Source: a virus
Lineage: Duplodnaviria > Caudoviricetes
Virus record (IMG/VR): IMGVR_UViG_3300028585_000009
Coordinates: 1 to 43,281 of that record
DNA: 43,281 nucleotides
Reading direction: 5' to 3' (one strand)
Each line of letters starts with the position of its first letter. Position 1 is the stretch's first letter. The notes beneath the pieces are model-generated. The model was given only the letters and a program-made list of their open reading frames with translations. It searched no databases and was not told where the DNA came from. Of this stretch, positions 15,908-24,762 are shown piece after piece. A program made the translations under genes and the position numbers.

Positions 15908-17625
15908 AGATCAAGAAAATCGAAATCGCGGATGTCCTGGGCCTGGCCCGCGCCGACATCGACACCAGCCGGCCGATCACCGTGATTGCCGGCAACAACG
16001 AGGCCGGCAAGTCCACCATTGCGGACGCGATCAACATGGCACTGATAGGCCAGCCGAAGCGCGTGAAGCTGAAGAAGGAACTGGCTCAGCTGCTGCACGA
16101 CGGCGCGAAGAAAGGCCGCATCACGCTGCTTGGCATGGATGACGAAGCCATTGGCGAATACAAATTGCCGGGCGGCCAGCACGTTGTTGCTGAGAACATC
16201 GCCGGCGCCGACTTCCTCGAGTTCGTTATCGACCCGAACGCCTTCGCCCGACAGTCCGCTGCTGACCGCCGCTCGCTGCTGTTCAAGCTGACGAAGTGCA
16301 AGGCCAGCCCGGACGCAACCGAAAAGATGCTGATCGAGTCCGGCGTATCTCCCGCGCTCGCCGCCGAGATCAAACCGGCTCTGCGTTCTGGCTTTCCCTC
16401 TGCCTGTGAAGAGGCGAAGTCCAAGGCCACCGAATATAAGGGCATCTGGCGCAGCATCACCGGCGAGAACTGGGGCGCCGCCAAATCTGCCGACTGGGCG
16501 CCGGAAGCGCCAGAGGTGGAGATCACCCAGCAGCAGATCGATCAGGCCGCAGACGAAGCCGCAGCGCTCGACAGCGATCTGTCTGAAGCATCAACCACGC
16601 TTGGCGAGAAACGCCAGCAGCTGAAAGCGCAGAACGAATCGTCGGCAGAGCTCGCCCGCCTGGAAGAGCAGGCCGAATTGCTCGAGCGCCGCCAGAACAA
16701 ACTGAAGGTCGACCAGGACACGTTGGCAGAGTGGGAAGCCAAACTGGTCGCCGCTGAGCAGGCCGCAACCGGAGCCCCTGCGCACAACGAGCTGACTTGC
16801 CCGCACTGCCAGAACACCGTCGCGCTGATTGAGGGCGAGCTGCAGGCGTACGAAGCGCCAGAACATGCTCCTGACCTGGAAGCCGGCAAGCGTGCAGCGG
16901 AGTACCGCGGCTATGTCGACACCACGAAACGCGCGATCGAGAACGACCGCCGCGACATCGCCCAGTCCGAGGCCGCCGCCGAACGCCTGAAAGAGCTGCG
17001 CGAGAACCAAGCCACGGTCGTGAGCGAGGAAGCCATCGCCAACGCAGCCGAGACGATCAACACCCTGCGCATCGAGCGCGACAAGGCCCGCGCCAAGCAC
17101 ACCGCCCTGACGGACGCCTTCGCCGAGATCAGCGAGCGCGACAACAAGATCAAGGCCGCTGCGACCAGCCACGAAAACGTTATGGCCTGGCTGGCTGTTG
17201 CTGATCAGCTGTCTCCCGATGGTATCCCGTCGCGGATCCTGGCCAGCGCCATCGCGCCGGTGAATGAATCGCTGGCAGTTCTCGCCGGACGCGCGTTCTG
17301 GAAGAAGACCCAGATCACCAGCGACATGGAAATCACCTGTGATGGCCGTCTGTATGGGCTCATGAGCGAGTCCGCCAAGTGGCGCGCCGACACACTGATC
17401 GCCCTGGCCATCGCCCAGATCAGCGGCCTGCGCTTGGTGGTCCTCGATCGCTTTGACGTGCTGGACAGCGACAGCCGCATCGAGTTGCTGGGGCTGCTCA
17501 AAGACCTGGCCGAAGCCGATGCCATGGACACCATGATCATGTGCGGCACGATGAAATCGCTGCCCGACTTCAAAGACCCGAACGTCGGCGCCGTCTGGGT
17601 AAAGAACGGCATTGCCGAATCCTGA
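15904..17625 (+). CDS. Rad50/SbcC-like coiled-coil ABC ATPase
   Basis: Walker A GNNEAGKST, long coiled coils, central CPHC hook, LMSES signature region, LVVLDRFD. Confidence 0.85.
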   Translation: MKIKKIEIADVLGLARADIDTSRPITVIAGNNEAGKSTIADAINMALIGQPKRVKLKKELAQLLHDGAKKGRITLLGMDDEAIGEYKLPGGQHVVAENIAGADFLEFVIDPNAFARQSAADRRSLLFKLTKCKASPDATEKMLIESGVSPALAAEIKPALRSGFPSACEEAKSKATEYKGIWRSITGENWGAAKSADWAPEAPEVEITQQQIDQAADEAAALDSDLSEASTTLGEKRQQLKAQNESSAELARLEEQAELLERRQNKLKVDQDTLAEWEAKLVAAEQAATGAPAHNELTCPHCQNTVALIEGELQAYEAPEHAPDLEAGKRAAEYRGYVDTTKRAIENDRRDIAQSEAAAERLKELRENQATVVSEEAIANAAETINTLRIERDKARAKHTALTDAFAEISERDNKIKAAATSHENVMAWLAVADQLSPDGIPSRILASAIAPVNESLAVLAGRAFWKKTQITSDMEITCDGRLYGLMSESAKWRADTLIALAIAQISGLRLVVLDRFDVLDSDSRIELLGLLKDLAEADAMDTMIMCGTMKSLPDFKDPNVGAVWVKNGIAES

Positions 17626-17646
17626 TCATCACGCAAGGACACACTG

Positions 17647-18372
17647 ATGAAACCGTATATCTTCGACACCGAAACAACGGGCACCGACCACGAAAACGAC
17701 CAGATCATCGAGGCCGCGTGGTTGGAGCTGCCAGAAAAGCCGCACCTGTTCGCACAGACTCGCAGCCCTGAAGACTTCCCGCATTACCTTGAGCGCTTCC
17801 GCCCGAGCGTGCCGATTCAGCTGGGCGCGCAGGCTACGCATCACATCATCTGCAGCGATCTGGTCGGTTGCCGTGAATCCAAGGCGTTCAAACTTCCGAA
17901 GGACATCGGCTGGATGATCGGCCACAACATTGATTTCGACGCCAAGTTCTCGAAGGGCATGAAGCTGAAGCGCATCTGTACCCTTGCCATCAGCCGCTTC
18001 CTGTTCCCGGACAAGGACAGCCACACGCAGAGCGCCATGATCTACATGATCGGCCGGCGATACAGCAAAGAGGAATGGGCTCGCGGCCTGCTGAAGAACG
18101 CCCACGCCGCGCTCGATGATGTCCGCAATAACGCCATATTGCTGCGCTTCCTGCTCAGCGAAGCGATGGATAAGGGCCACGCCTGCGACACTTGGGACGA
18201 GGTGCTGGAGCTGAGCGATACCGCACGAATTCCAACAGTGATGGGCTTCGGCAAGCACAAGGGCACGCCAATCGTCCGCGGCCAGCTCGACCCCGGCTAT
18301 GTGCGCTGGTACCGGCAGCAAGCCGAGACCGACGAGTATTTGCTGGAAGCGTTCAAACGCGCCGGCTTCTGA
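17647..18372 (+). CDS. DEDDh 3'-5' exonuclease (ExoX-like)
   Basis: FDTETTG, GHNIDFD, AHAALDD, C-terminal MGFGKHKG. Confidence 0.9.
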   Translation: MKPYIFDTETTGTDHENDQIIEAAWLELPEKPHLFAQTRSPEDFPHYLERFRPSVPIQLGAQATHHIICSDLVGCRESKAFKLPKDIGWMIGHNIDFDAKFSKGMKLKRICTLAISRFLFPDKDSHTQSAMIYMIGRRYSKEEWARGLLKNAHAALDDVRNNAILLRFLLSEAMDKGHACDTWDEVLELSDTARIPTVMGFGKHKGTPIVRGQLDPGYVRWYRQQAETDEYLLEAFKRAGF

Positions 18373-18428
18373 TTCAAACCGCCGCCCGGTCGGTCACCGG
18401 GCACCCACCAAGCAACGGAGCAACACCC

Positions 18429-19325
18429 ATGAAAGCAATCCGAATCGCAACAATCCTGGCGCTTGCCTTGGCGAGCACCTACGCAGCCGCCGACCTGGAC
18501 AAGATCATTCCGGCCAGCAAGTACGACGTGAAGACGGAGCGCGACCAGCGCATCGCCGGTGACGCGCACCTGCAGGGCCAGATCAATGACCAGGGCAACC
18601 AGATCAACGCCGTGCAGAACGCTGCGCAAATCGCCAACGAGAAGGCCGACGCCGGCGCGGTGAGGATGGATGGCATCGAAGGCAGCCTGGCCAATACAGA
18701 TGATCGCTCGATCAACAACGCCGTTCGCCTGGATGGCGTGGAGTCGGTGAACACTGCCCAGGACAAGCGCCTGGACAAGACGAACCAGCGTGTTGATGCG
18801 GTGGCTTGGACTACGAACAGCAACACCACGCGCATCGGCAAGGTCGAAGGCCGCACCACTACACTCGAGGCCCGCGCGGACGATACGGATCTGGCACTGA
18901 TCGACCACGGCAACCAGCTGCAAAACCACCACGGCCAGCTACAGCAGCACGGCAGCCGACTGGATGGGCACGACCAGCAGTTCGCCAATCAGGACATGAT
19001 CAACGCCGCGGTGGGCAGCAGCCTGGCCGGCCTGTATCAGGACACGTCCGCACTTCGCAGCGAAGTACGCCAGTCGCGCCGTGACGCCAAGGAAGCACAG
19101 GAACACGCAGCCATTGCGCTGGCGGTTGCTGGTCACCAGTTCAACACGGACCGCTCGGCAGGCTTCCAGATGGCGCTTTCGGCTTCCACTGTCGGCGGCA
19201 ACCAGGGCTATGCAGTCGGTGCCGGTGGCGCGATCAACGACCAGCTGTTCGTCAACGTCGGCATCGCAACCAGCGGCAGCCAGACCGGCGGCGTGGTGAG
19301 CGGGACGTATACCTTCGGACGTTAA
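18429..19325 (+). CDS. YadA-like trimeric autotransporter
   Basis: Signal peptide MKAIRIATILALALASTYAAA, N/H-rich heptad stalk, C-terminal helix plus four amphipathic beta strands ending SGTYTFGR. Confidence 0.75.
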   Translation: MKAIRIATILALALASTYAAADLDKIIPASKYDVKTERDQRIAGDAHLQGQINDQGNQINAVQNAAQIANEKADAGAVRMDGIEGSLANTDDRSINNAVRLDGVESVNTAQDKRLDKTNQRVDAVAWTTNSNTTRIGKVEGRTTTLEARADDTDLALIDHGNQLQNHHGQLQQHGSRLDGHDQQFANQDMINAAVGSSLAGLYQDTSALRSEVRQSRRDAKEAQEHAAIALAVAGHQFNTDRSAGFQMALSASTVGGNQGYAVGAGGAINDQLFVNVGIATSGSQTGGVVSGTYTFGR

Positions 19326-19384
19326 TTTGTAGATACAAAACCTTGACGCCTCCCTGTTGTGCATATACGATTTGCACATACAAA
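19326..19384 (+). promoter_or_regulatory. Sigma70 promoter with flanking palindromic operators
   Basis: TTGACG (19343-19348), 17 bp, TACGAT (19366-19371); TTTGTAgaTACAAA 19326-19339, TGTGCAtaTACGAT 19358-19371, TTTGCAcaTACAAA 19371-19384. Confidence 0.75.
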
Positions 19385-19401
19385 CAGAGAGGCGTTTCTT
19401 C

Positions 19402-19800
19402 ATGAGCAACCAGCAAAAAGTCAGGCCCATCCGCATCAGCGATGACCTGTATGCCAAGTTCAAGCGAATCGGCGGGCCGTCCTGGCTTCGCCAGCAAATC
19501 GCGCAAGCAGCAGAGCCGAACGCAACCCGCGTCTATCTGAGCGGGCCGATGACCGGTCTTCCTGATTTCAATTACCCCGCCTTCAACCAGACCGCCGGCG
19601 ATCTGCGCGCCGCGGGTTACCACGTCGAGAACCCGGCAGAGAACGAAGTGCGAAGCACCTGGGCCGAGTACATGAAATCAGCAGTCGCCCAGCTCACCGC
19701 TTGCGACAAGATCAAGATGCTGCCCGGCTGGGAAGCGTCCCGCGGCGCGCGCATCGAGTACCAACTGGCTCAAGACCTTGGCATCGAGGTGATGGAATGA
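19402..19800 (+). CDS. RHH-like DNA-binding domain fused to DUF4406 (nucleoside deoxyribosyltransferase-like) domain
   Basis: VRPIRISDDLYAKFKRIGGPSWLRQQI followed by VYLSGPMTGLPDFNYPAF...LPGWEASRGARIE. Confidence 0.75.
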   Translation: MSNQQKVRPIRISDDLYAKFKRIGGPSWLRQQIAQAAEPNATRVYLSGPMTGLPDFNYPAFNQTAGDLRAAGYHVENPAENEVRSTWAEYMKSAVAQLTACDKIKMLPGWEASRGARIEYQLAQDLGIEVME

Positions 19801-20030
19801 AGACCTGCGCAACCCGCTACACGCAAAAGCAGCTGGCCTACATCGCCTATTGGGAAGGCCGCGGCTACACGTTCAAGCCCGGCGAGGTGGTATCGGAAGA
19901 CACCCGCATCGCGCCAGGCGGCGATAGCCCGAAAGCGATCGAGCTGCTGGTCACCGGTTTCCTTCTGGTTGGCGCCTTTCTGCTTTTGGCTTGGGGCTAC
20001 GCCGATGACGGCCTATTACAACGAGTTTGA
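19797..20030 (+). CDS. Small membrane protein
   Basis: 77 aa from MKTCAT by ATGA overlap; one TM helix. Confidence 0.6.
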   Translation: MKTCATRYTQKQLAYIAYWEGRGYTFKPGEVVSEDTRIAPGGDSPKAIELLVTGFLLVGAFLLLAWGYADDGLLQRV

Positions 20031-21006
20031 CCCGTATGCCGCACAGTGGCTGCGGAACCTGATAGAGGCCGGGCACATAGCGCCAGGCATCGTAGACGAA
20101 AGGAGCATCGAGGATGTCATCCCATCCGACCTTGAAGGATTCACCCAATGCCACTTCTTCGCTGGTGTTGGCGTTTGGTCCCTCGCTCTTCGCCGCGCGG
20201 GATGGCCGGATTCTCGACCAGTTTGGACAGGAAGTTGCCCATGCCAACCTTTCTCCGCGGCAGGCGAAGGAGCTGGGTTTGCAGACGAGCGCCACCTCTG
20301 GCCAGCTTTTGCCTGGCTCATCGCAGAGCGCCAGCCTGCAGTCGTGTTTGGAGAGCAGGTTGCAAGCAAGGCTGCAGGGCCTTGGCTCGACCTTGTACAC
20401 ACTGACCTGGAAGCCATGGGTTACGCCCTCGGGGCTGTACCGTTTCCGTCTGCGGGCGTCGGTGCGCCGCACATCCGGGACCGACTCTACTGGGTGGCCG
20501 ACGCCAACATGCAACGCGAATGCACAACCCGAGACCGCGCGCGGCCTGGGGACGCTCGCGGGAAGCGCCAAGCTTGCAGGGTGGAACACCCCAGACAGTA
20601 CGATGACTCAGGCAAAGTCACGGCCACCCGTGCTTGGGAGCCGAAAGCCGACCGATCCACAGATATCGCTGGCGGATCAAGCGTTCCACCTTGCCGGCTG
20701 GCAGACGCCGACGGCGATCGACAGCCGGCGCGGCGATTACCAATACGACCAGGGCGACAAGAGCAAGCCCAGGCCATCGAATCAGGGCATGGCCAAAATG
20801 TGCGGCCCGGCCCGGTTAACGGCCTCTGGGCAGATGCTGACTGGCTCTTCTGCCGGGATGGAAAGTGGCGGCCAGTTGAACCCGGCACATTCCCGCTGGC
20901 TCATGGGGCTCCCTCGAGAGTGGGACGACTGCGCGCCTACGGAAACGCCATCAATGCTGAAGCGGCGGCGCAGTTCATAGGCGCCTTCATGGATACCGAA
21001 CAATGA
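20005..21006 (+). CDS. C5-cytosine DNA methyltransferase, alpha chain
   Basis: Motif [45 protein letters not shown]; no clear motif IX in this frame. Confidence 0.9.
   Translation: MTAYYNEFDPYAAQWLRNLIEAGHIAPGIVDERSIEDVIPSDLEGFTQCHFFAGVGVWSLALRRAGWPDSRPVWTGSCPCQPFSAAGEGAGFADERHLWPAFAWLIAERQPAVVFGEQVASKAAGPWLDLVHTDLEAMGYALGAVPFPSAGVGAPHIRDRLYWVADANMQRECTTRDRARPGDARGKRQACRVEHPRQYDDSGKVTATRAWEPKADRSTDIAGGSSVPPCRLADADGDRQPARRLPIRPGRQEQAQAIESGHGQNVRPGPVNGLWADADWLFCRDGKWRPVEPGTFPLAHGAPSRVGRLRAYGNAINAEAAAQFIGAFMDTEQ
20114..20980 (+). CDS. Nested +1-frame methyltransferase beta chain (TRD-like repeats and motif IX)
   Basis: 288-codon open frame inside the MTase gene with GWPTP, GWNTP, GWQTP and [16 protein letters not shown]; true start uncertain. 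Confidence 0.7.
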   Translation: MSSHPTLKDSPNATSSLVLAFGPSLFAARDGRILDQFGQEVAHANLSPRQAKELGLQTSATSGQLLPGSSQSASLQSCLESRLQARLQGLGSTLYTLTWKPWVTPSGLYRFRLRASVRRTSGTDSTGWPTPTCNANAQPETARGLGTLAGSAKLAGWNTPDSTMTQAKSRPPVLGSRKPTDPQISLADQAFHLAGWQTPTAIDSRRGDYQYDQGDKSKPRPSNQGMAKMCGPARLTASGQMLTGSSAGMESGGQLNPAHSRWLMGLPREWDDCAPTETPSMLKRRRSS

Positions 21007-21197
21007 TCTGCCCCATCAAACACCCGCGCCGGTTCGCCGCGCATGTGGAGCGCCAGCAGGCAACACGGGCGAAGGCCCTGTCCATTGCACTGAGCGCGCC
21101 ACAGGCCGCAAGCCGGATGGGTATCAGCACACTGCGAGCCGAGCAACTGGCGGCGCGCTACGGATTCACCTACCAACCAACGAGAAAAAGACCATGA
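21003..21197 (+). CDS. Small basic protein, possible HTH
   Basis: SAPQAASRMGISTLRAEQLAARYGF; ATGA overlaps. Confidence 0.6.
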   Translation: MICPIKHPRRFAAHVERQQATRAKALSIALSAPQAASRMGISTLRAEQLAARYGFTYQPTRKRP

Positions 21198-22039
21198 GCA
21201 TTCACGACCTGAAGATTGACCCTCAGCCGTTCGCCGACCTGGTGTCTGGCGCCAAGACTTGCGAAGTCCGCAACGATGATCGCGGTTTTGAGGTCGGCGA
21301 TACCGTGCGCTTCCCGGGCGGCCACTGCTGCACGATCAGCCACATCCAGCGCGGCTATGGATTGCCGGACGGGCTCTGCGTTCTGAGCTATGCCCAGGAC
21401 AGCGCCGCGCCTGAGCAGCAGCCGGTAGGGTACGCCGATCCTAAGTCGTTCGATAATTTCAAGAACCTGTCCCACCTGGGTGGCCTGTACCTGCATGAGT
21501 GGATGTGGGCTAAGCCTGCGCCAGGGCTGGTCGCGCTCTACACCCATGCAGACGATGGCGAGGTGGGGCGGCTGCGGGCTGAGCTGAAGGCGTGGATGAA
21601 CGCCGAAGCCGATAAGGGAATCGAGCTTGTTCAGCTTCGCCGGCAACTGGCTGAGTTCAAATCTCTGCACAGCGGCGAGCATGGTCTGCCAAACGATGGC
21701 TGGCCTGAATACCACAAGCGCAAGATGCGAACGCTTCGAGACCTGATAACTGGGCGCTATGAACACAAGATGGTTGCGGTTGATCAGAAACTGGCCCAGG
21801 CGCAGGCGCTGCTGGCGAAGGTTATCAACTCCGGCGCACTTTCTGACGATCAGCACGAAGATCTTGAGGCTGACATCTGCGCAGCGGTCGATGTGGTGTC
21901 CACGCTGAAGAAACAGGGCTTCGCGGATCACCTTGAATCCGAGGCGGAAAAGGCTACCGCAATGCCGGATTACAAGCGCGAGTGCGTGAAGTCTCCCGCC
22001 ACCGCCCAGCCTGCCGATGGGGTGAAGAGCGATGAGTAA
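21194..22039 (+). CDS. ASCH/DUF3850-domain mosaic protein
   Basis: HDLKIDPQPFADLVSGAKTCEVRNDDRGFEVGD at the N-terminus. Confidence 0.75.
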   Translation: MSIHDLKIDPQPFADLVSGAKTCEVRNDDRGFEVGDTVRFPGGHCCTISHIQRGYGLPDGLCVLSYAQDSAAPEQQPVGYADPKSFDNFKNLSHLGGLYLHEWMWAKPAPGLVALYTHADDGEVGRLRAELKAWMNAEADKGIELVQLRRQLAEFKSLHSGEHGLPNDGWPEYHKRKMRTLRDLITGRYEHKMVAVDQKLAQAQALLAKVINSGALSDDQHEDLEADICAAVDVVSTLKKQGFADHLESEAEKATAMPDYKRECVKSPATAQPADGVKSDE

Positions 22040-22286
22040 CGAACTGCTTTCGATCGACAAGATCAATTCGTTGCCGCACCCGCTGATGATCCGCGAGTTC
22101 AGTAGCGACCCGTGGTACGAGTTGATTGAGATCGATGTTCAGACCGGGGTCCACAGCATTGATGTTTGCGGTATGCGGCAAGTCAACTTCCATCTTTCCA
22201 GCTGCGGCCAGATAAAAGATGACCATGGCGAGGTCCACGACATTGAAATCTTCTTCACGGATTGCGAGGCCCAGCCAAATGACTAA
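22032..22286 (+). CDS. Hypothetical protein
   Basis: 84 aa, operon context. Confidence 0.65.
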   Translation: MSNELLSIDKINSLPHPLMIREFSSDPWYELIEIDVQTGVHSIDVCGMRQVNFHLSSCGQIKDDHGEVHDIEIFFTDCEAQPND

Positions 22287-22518
22287 CTCAACCGATCAAG
22301 AGCTGTTGCCTTGCCCGTTCTGCGGCAAATCCGAATTTCTCGTTGAGCGACTGGATAATTCAGCCTCGGTAGTCATTTGCCAGAGCTTGGTTGACGAGCA
22401 CAGCGCATGCCTTGCCCGTGGGCCGGTTGGCGTGCAGGACGATGACGGGGAGGACCAGCCGGGTTATGCGGCTGCGGTACGTGAGTGGAACAAGCGCGCC
22501 CAGCAGGCCAAGCCATGA
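22279..22518 (+). CDS. Lar-family restriction alleviation-like protein
   Basis: ELLPCPFCG...C...C...AVREWNKRA. Confidence 0.7.
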   Translation: MTNSTDQELLPCPFCGKSEFLVERLDNSASVVICQSLVDEHSACLARGPVGVQDDDGEDQPGYAAAVREWNKRAQQAKP

Positions 22519-22925
22519 ACGGCATCACCCTGCCCCGATGGCTGCAGTCGACCGCCACCATGCAGCTACGCCACGTCGATATCGTGGTTGCTCTCGCCCT
22601 GGTGCTGCGCATCCACGGAACCGCTGCCGCTGTGCGCAAGGCGGCGATGTACATGCGAACCCGCATCGCGATGGAGCATCGGCCGAAGATGGCGTATCTG
22701 GCCCGCATGCCGAGCGACGACCGCGTGCTGCAGGTGGCGCACAACATCGTGCAGGACGGAACAGATGCGTGGGGAATCCTGCCGGGCGTGCCGTTCATGC
22801 CCAACATCCAGACAGCCCCGCGCTGCCACTACAAGCACATGCAGCTCGCCGGCGATCCAGGGGCACGTCACTGGGCCTGCCAGAGCTGCAGCCATATCAA
22901 GCCGATTAATTGGAGGTCGTCATGA
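22515..22925 (+). CDS. Hypothetical protein with C-terminal zinc ribbon
   Basis: Start MNGITL by ATGA overlap; CH...CQSC. Confidence 0.65.
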   Translation: MNGITLPRWLQSTATMQLRHVDIVVALALVLRIHGTAAAVRKAAMYMRTRIAMEHRPKMAYLARMPSDDRVLQVAHNIVQDGTDAWGILPGVPFMPNIQTAPRCHYKHMQLAGDPGARHWACQSCSHIKPINWRSS

Positions 22926-23107
22926 AATACAAGGCACGCTGCAGTAACTGCGGTAAACAGATCGAGGGAGACGGTGACTTCAAGCTTGGTGATTGCCCTA
23001 CCTGCGGACAAAGATCGTGGTCGGTTGTTGTTGGAGGTTCATCCCTTCCGAAGGGCTGGCTTCCGAAGGGCTGGGTTACTAATGGGAAAAAAGGAGGCGG
23101 ATCATGA
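22922..23107 (+). CDS. Zinc-ribbon protein
   Basis: CSNC and CPTC; GGAGGT RBS. Confidence 0.65.
   Translation: MKYKARCSNCGKQIEGDGDFKLGDCPTCGQRSWSVVVGGSSLPKGWLPKGWVTNGKKGGGS
23045..23074 (+). repeat. Perfect 15-bp tandem duplication
   Basis: CTTCCGAAGGGCTGG twice, encoding LPKGW-LPKGW. Confidence 0.9.
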
Positions 23108-23382
23108 CCCTGCAATGCACCAACTGCCCCGGCGCCACCGACCACAGCACGGCCAACTGTCCAATCCGTCCCGAGTTGTACGCCGACAGCGCCCAGGCAC
23201 GTACCGGTACCGAGCTGCGCACCGGCGGTTACCAAGAAAAAACGTTCGACTGGCACGCCGCCCAGCAGCGCCGGGAAATTGAGGCCACCAATATGCGCGT
23301 GCGTGTGCTGGCAGCCGTTGGCATGATCGAAATGAAGCTCGGCATGGCCGGGAAGGGATGCCCACCATGTCGGCCAAACTGA
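23104..23382 (+). CDS. Hypothetical protein with N-terminal CCHC knuckle
   Basis: CTNCPGATDHSTANC; AGGAGG RBS. Confidence 0.65.
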   Translation: MTLQCTNCPGATDHSTANCPIRPELYADSAQARTGTELRTGGYQEKTFDWHAAQQRREIEATNMRVRVLAAVGMIEMKLGMAGKGCPPCRPN

Positions 23383-23483
23383 TCGTTGCGACGGTGGTGC
23401 TGCTCACCTTGTTCTTCTGCGCAATGGCAGCGCTCTATCTCAACATGCAGGAAAGCGTGATTGACGACCCCGACGATGAATGA
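23367..23483 (+). CDS. 38-aa membrane peptide (not in ORF track)
   Basis: MSAKLIVATVVLLTLFFCAMAALYLNMQESVIDDPDDE; ends just before the terminator. Confidence 0.5.
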   Translation: MSAKLIVATVVLLTLFFCAMAALYLNMQESVIDDPDDE

Positions 23484-23493
23484 GTGACCAAAG

Positions 23494-23524
23494 AAAAGGC
23501 CCGCATTGAGCGGGCCTTTTATTT
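23494..23524. terminator. Bidirectional terminator where the two transcription arms converge
   Basis: AAAAGGCCCGC-attga-GCGGGCCTTTT. Confidence 0.9.
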
Positions 23525-24013
23525 GCCGGATTGCCCGCCAACCAGGCGACACGACTTATGCAGGTTCCTCAGTTGCTTTTGCAGCCCGATTATCTGGGCT
23601 CGCTGGTCTTTGAGTCCTTGCTGTAGGGTTGAATAATCCTGTTCAGCACTGGCTGTAAGTCGCGGGGTTCCCGCATCAGTGCCGGGTCCAGCGGCGGAGG
23701 GCTGCCCATCTCGCACGCAGGTGGCGCTGATGCGCAGCCCGCAAGTGCCGTCAGCAAGGCAGCGGCGAAGACGTTCGGCCTCAGCGTTTCCATTGGCGAT
23801 TTCCTGTTGGTACCCCGCGGCGGCCTGCATGTTCTCGTCGGCCAGTTCGCGGGTGAGGTTCAATGTGTTGCGCAGCGAGTCCGCGCGCGCCGTCTGTTGC
23901 GTTGCTTCTGCTTGGGCCAGGTCTCTGTCGGTCGACACACTATCAATGCGCCAGAGCGCCAGGACGAGGCCAAAGCCGAGCGCTACGATCAGGCCGATCA
24001 TTACCCGGCTCAT
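23519..24013 (-). CDS. Rz: Rz-like inner-membrane spanin
   Basis: N-terminal TM, coiled coil, LRISATC, PRLTASAEQDY; ATGA overlap with endolysin. Confidence 0.85.
   Translation of the reverse strand: MSRVMIGLIVALGFGLVLALWRIDSVSTDRDLAQAEATQQTARADSLRNTLNLTRELADENMQAAAGYQQEIANGNAEAERLRRCLADGTCGLRISATCVRDGQPSAAGPGTDAGTPRLTASAEQDYSTLQQGLKDQRAQIIGLQKQLRNLHKSCRLVGGQSGK
23590..23793 (-). CDS. Rz1: Rz1-like outer-membrane lipoprotein spanin, nested in Rz
   Basis: Lipobox LAGC, Pro-rich mature part. Confidence 0.8.
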   Translation of the reverse strand: METLRPNVFAAALLTALAGCASAPPACEMGSPPPLDPALMREPRDLQPVLNRIIQPYSKDSKTSEPR

Positions 24014-24543
24014 AGCGCGCACAACTCCGCTTCAGCCTGGCGGCGTTCCCACAGTCCGCTGCACCATGGCTGCGTTGTCGAGCAGTCGATCTTCTTACCG
24101 TCGCGCGTGATGAACCGCCAGCTCAGCATGGCCTGGCAGCCCTCCGCTTGCTTGCCCTGGTTGATAAGCCGAACAGCCGTGGATCGAGCACAGCCGGTGT
24201 TGCCAACGTTGAAACAGAACGAGCCAGCGCCAGCCCAAGCCGGTTCGCTCATGTGCGCCTTGATCACACTGCGCGCGAAGGCCAGGCGCTGGGCAATCTC
24301 ACCCTTGCGCCACTTCTCGCACTGCTCGGCAGTCATCACGGACAGCCGAGTTACCCCGGCCGTCTTGCCGTCACAGATCGTCCAGACCCTGGCGCCGTCC
24401 ATGTAGGCCTTCAGCTCAAGCCGCCCGCTGCTTTCCTTCTCGCGAATAAACTGGTCCATGATCACCGGAGCAGAAGCGCCGCCGGCGATCAAAGCCAGCA
24501 CGGCGGCGCTGAGTAACGACTTGCGCTTATTCGTCTTTTTCAT
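24010..24543 (-). CDS. SAR endolysin, GH24 lysozyme
   Basis: Basic then Ala/Gly-rich N-terminal anchor; E...AYMD...WTICDGKT; FNVG; GLWERRQAE. Confidence 0.9.
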   Translation of the reverse strand: MKKTNKRKSLLSAAVLALIAGGASAPVIMDQFIREKESSGRLELKAYMDGARVWTICDGKTAGVTRLSVMTAEQCEKWRKGEIAQRLAFARSVIKAHMSEPAWAGAGSFCFNVGNTGCARSTAVRLINQGKQAEGCQAMLSWRFITRDGKKIDCSTTQPWCSGLWERRQAEAELCAL

Positions 24544-24736
24544 CGCGCACCTTCGGCTGGTGGATAAGTCGGGCAACTGTAGCGACGACCAGTGCCACGC
24601 GGTAGATCGTCAGATCCATGGTGCTTGGTGCGTAGTCCATGAACGCCCGCAACGCATCGGGCAGGAACTGCAAGACGAACAGCACCTGGACGCTTGTGAA
24701 GCGCCAGGCCTTACGCCACTCGGGTATTATTTTCAT
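24527..24736 (-). CDS. Holin
   Basis: MKIIPEWRKAWRFTSVQ...ARLIHQPK with two hydrophobic segments, upstream of endolysin. Confidence 0.75.
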   Translation of the reverse strand: MKIIPEWRKAWRFTSVQVLFVLQFLPDALRAFMDYAPSTMDLTIYRVALVVATVARLIHQPKVRDEKDE

Positions 24737-24762
24737 ACGACACCTGATCAAAATTTTTCCTT

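Noticed and set aside
18192-18428. N-terminal extensions in the ORF track (YadA from 18192, rusA from 7031, MTase from 19969, DUF4406 from 19357)
   Set aside because: They overlap upstream genes or promoters; downstream starts have RBS, coupling or signal-peptide support
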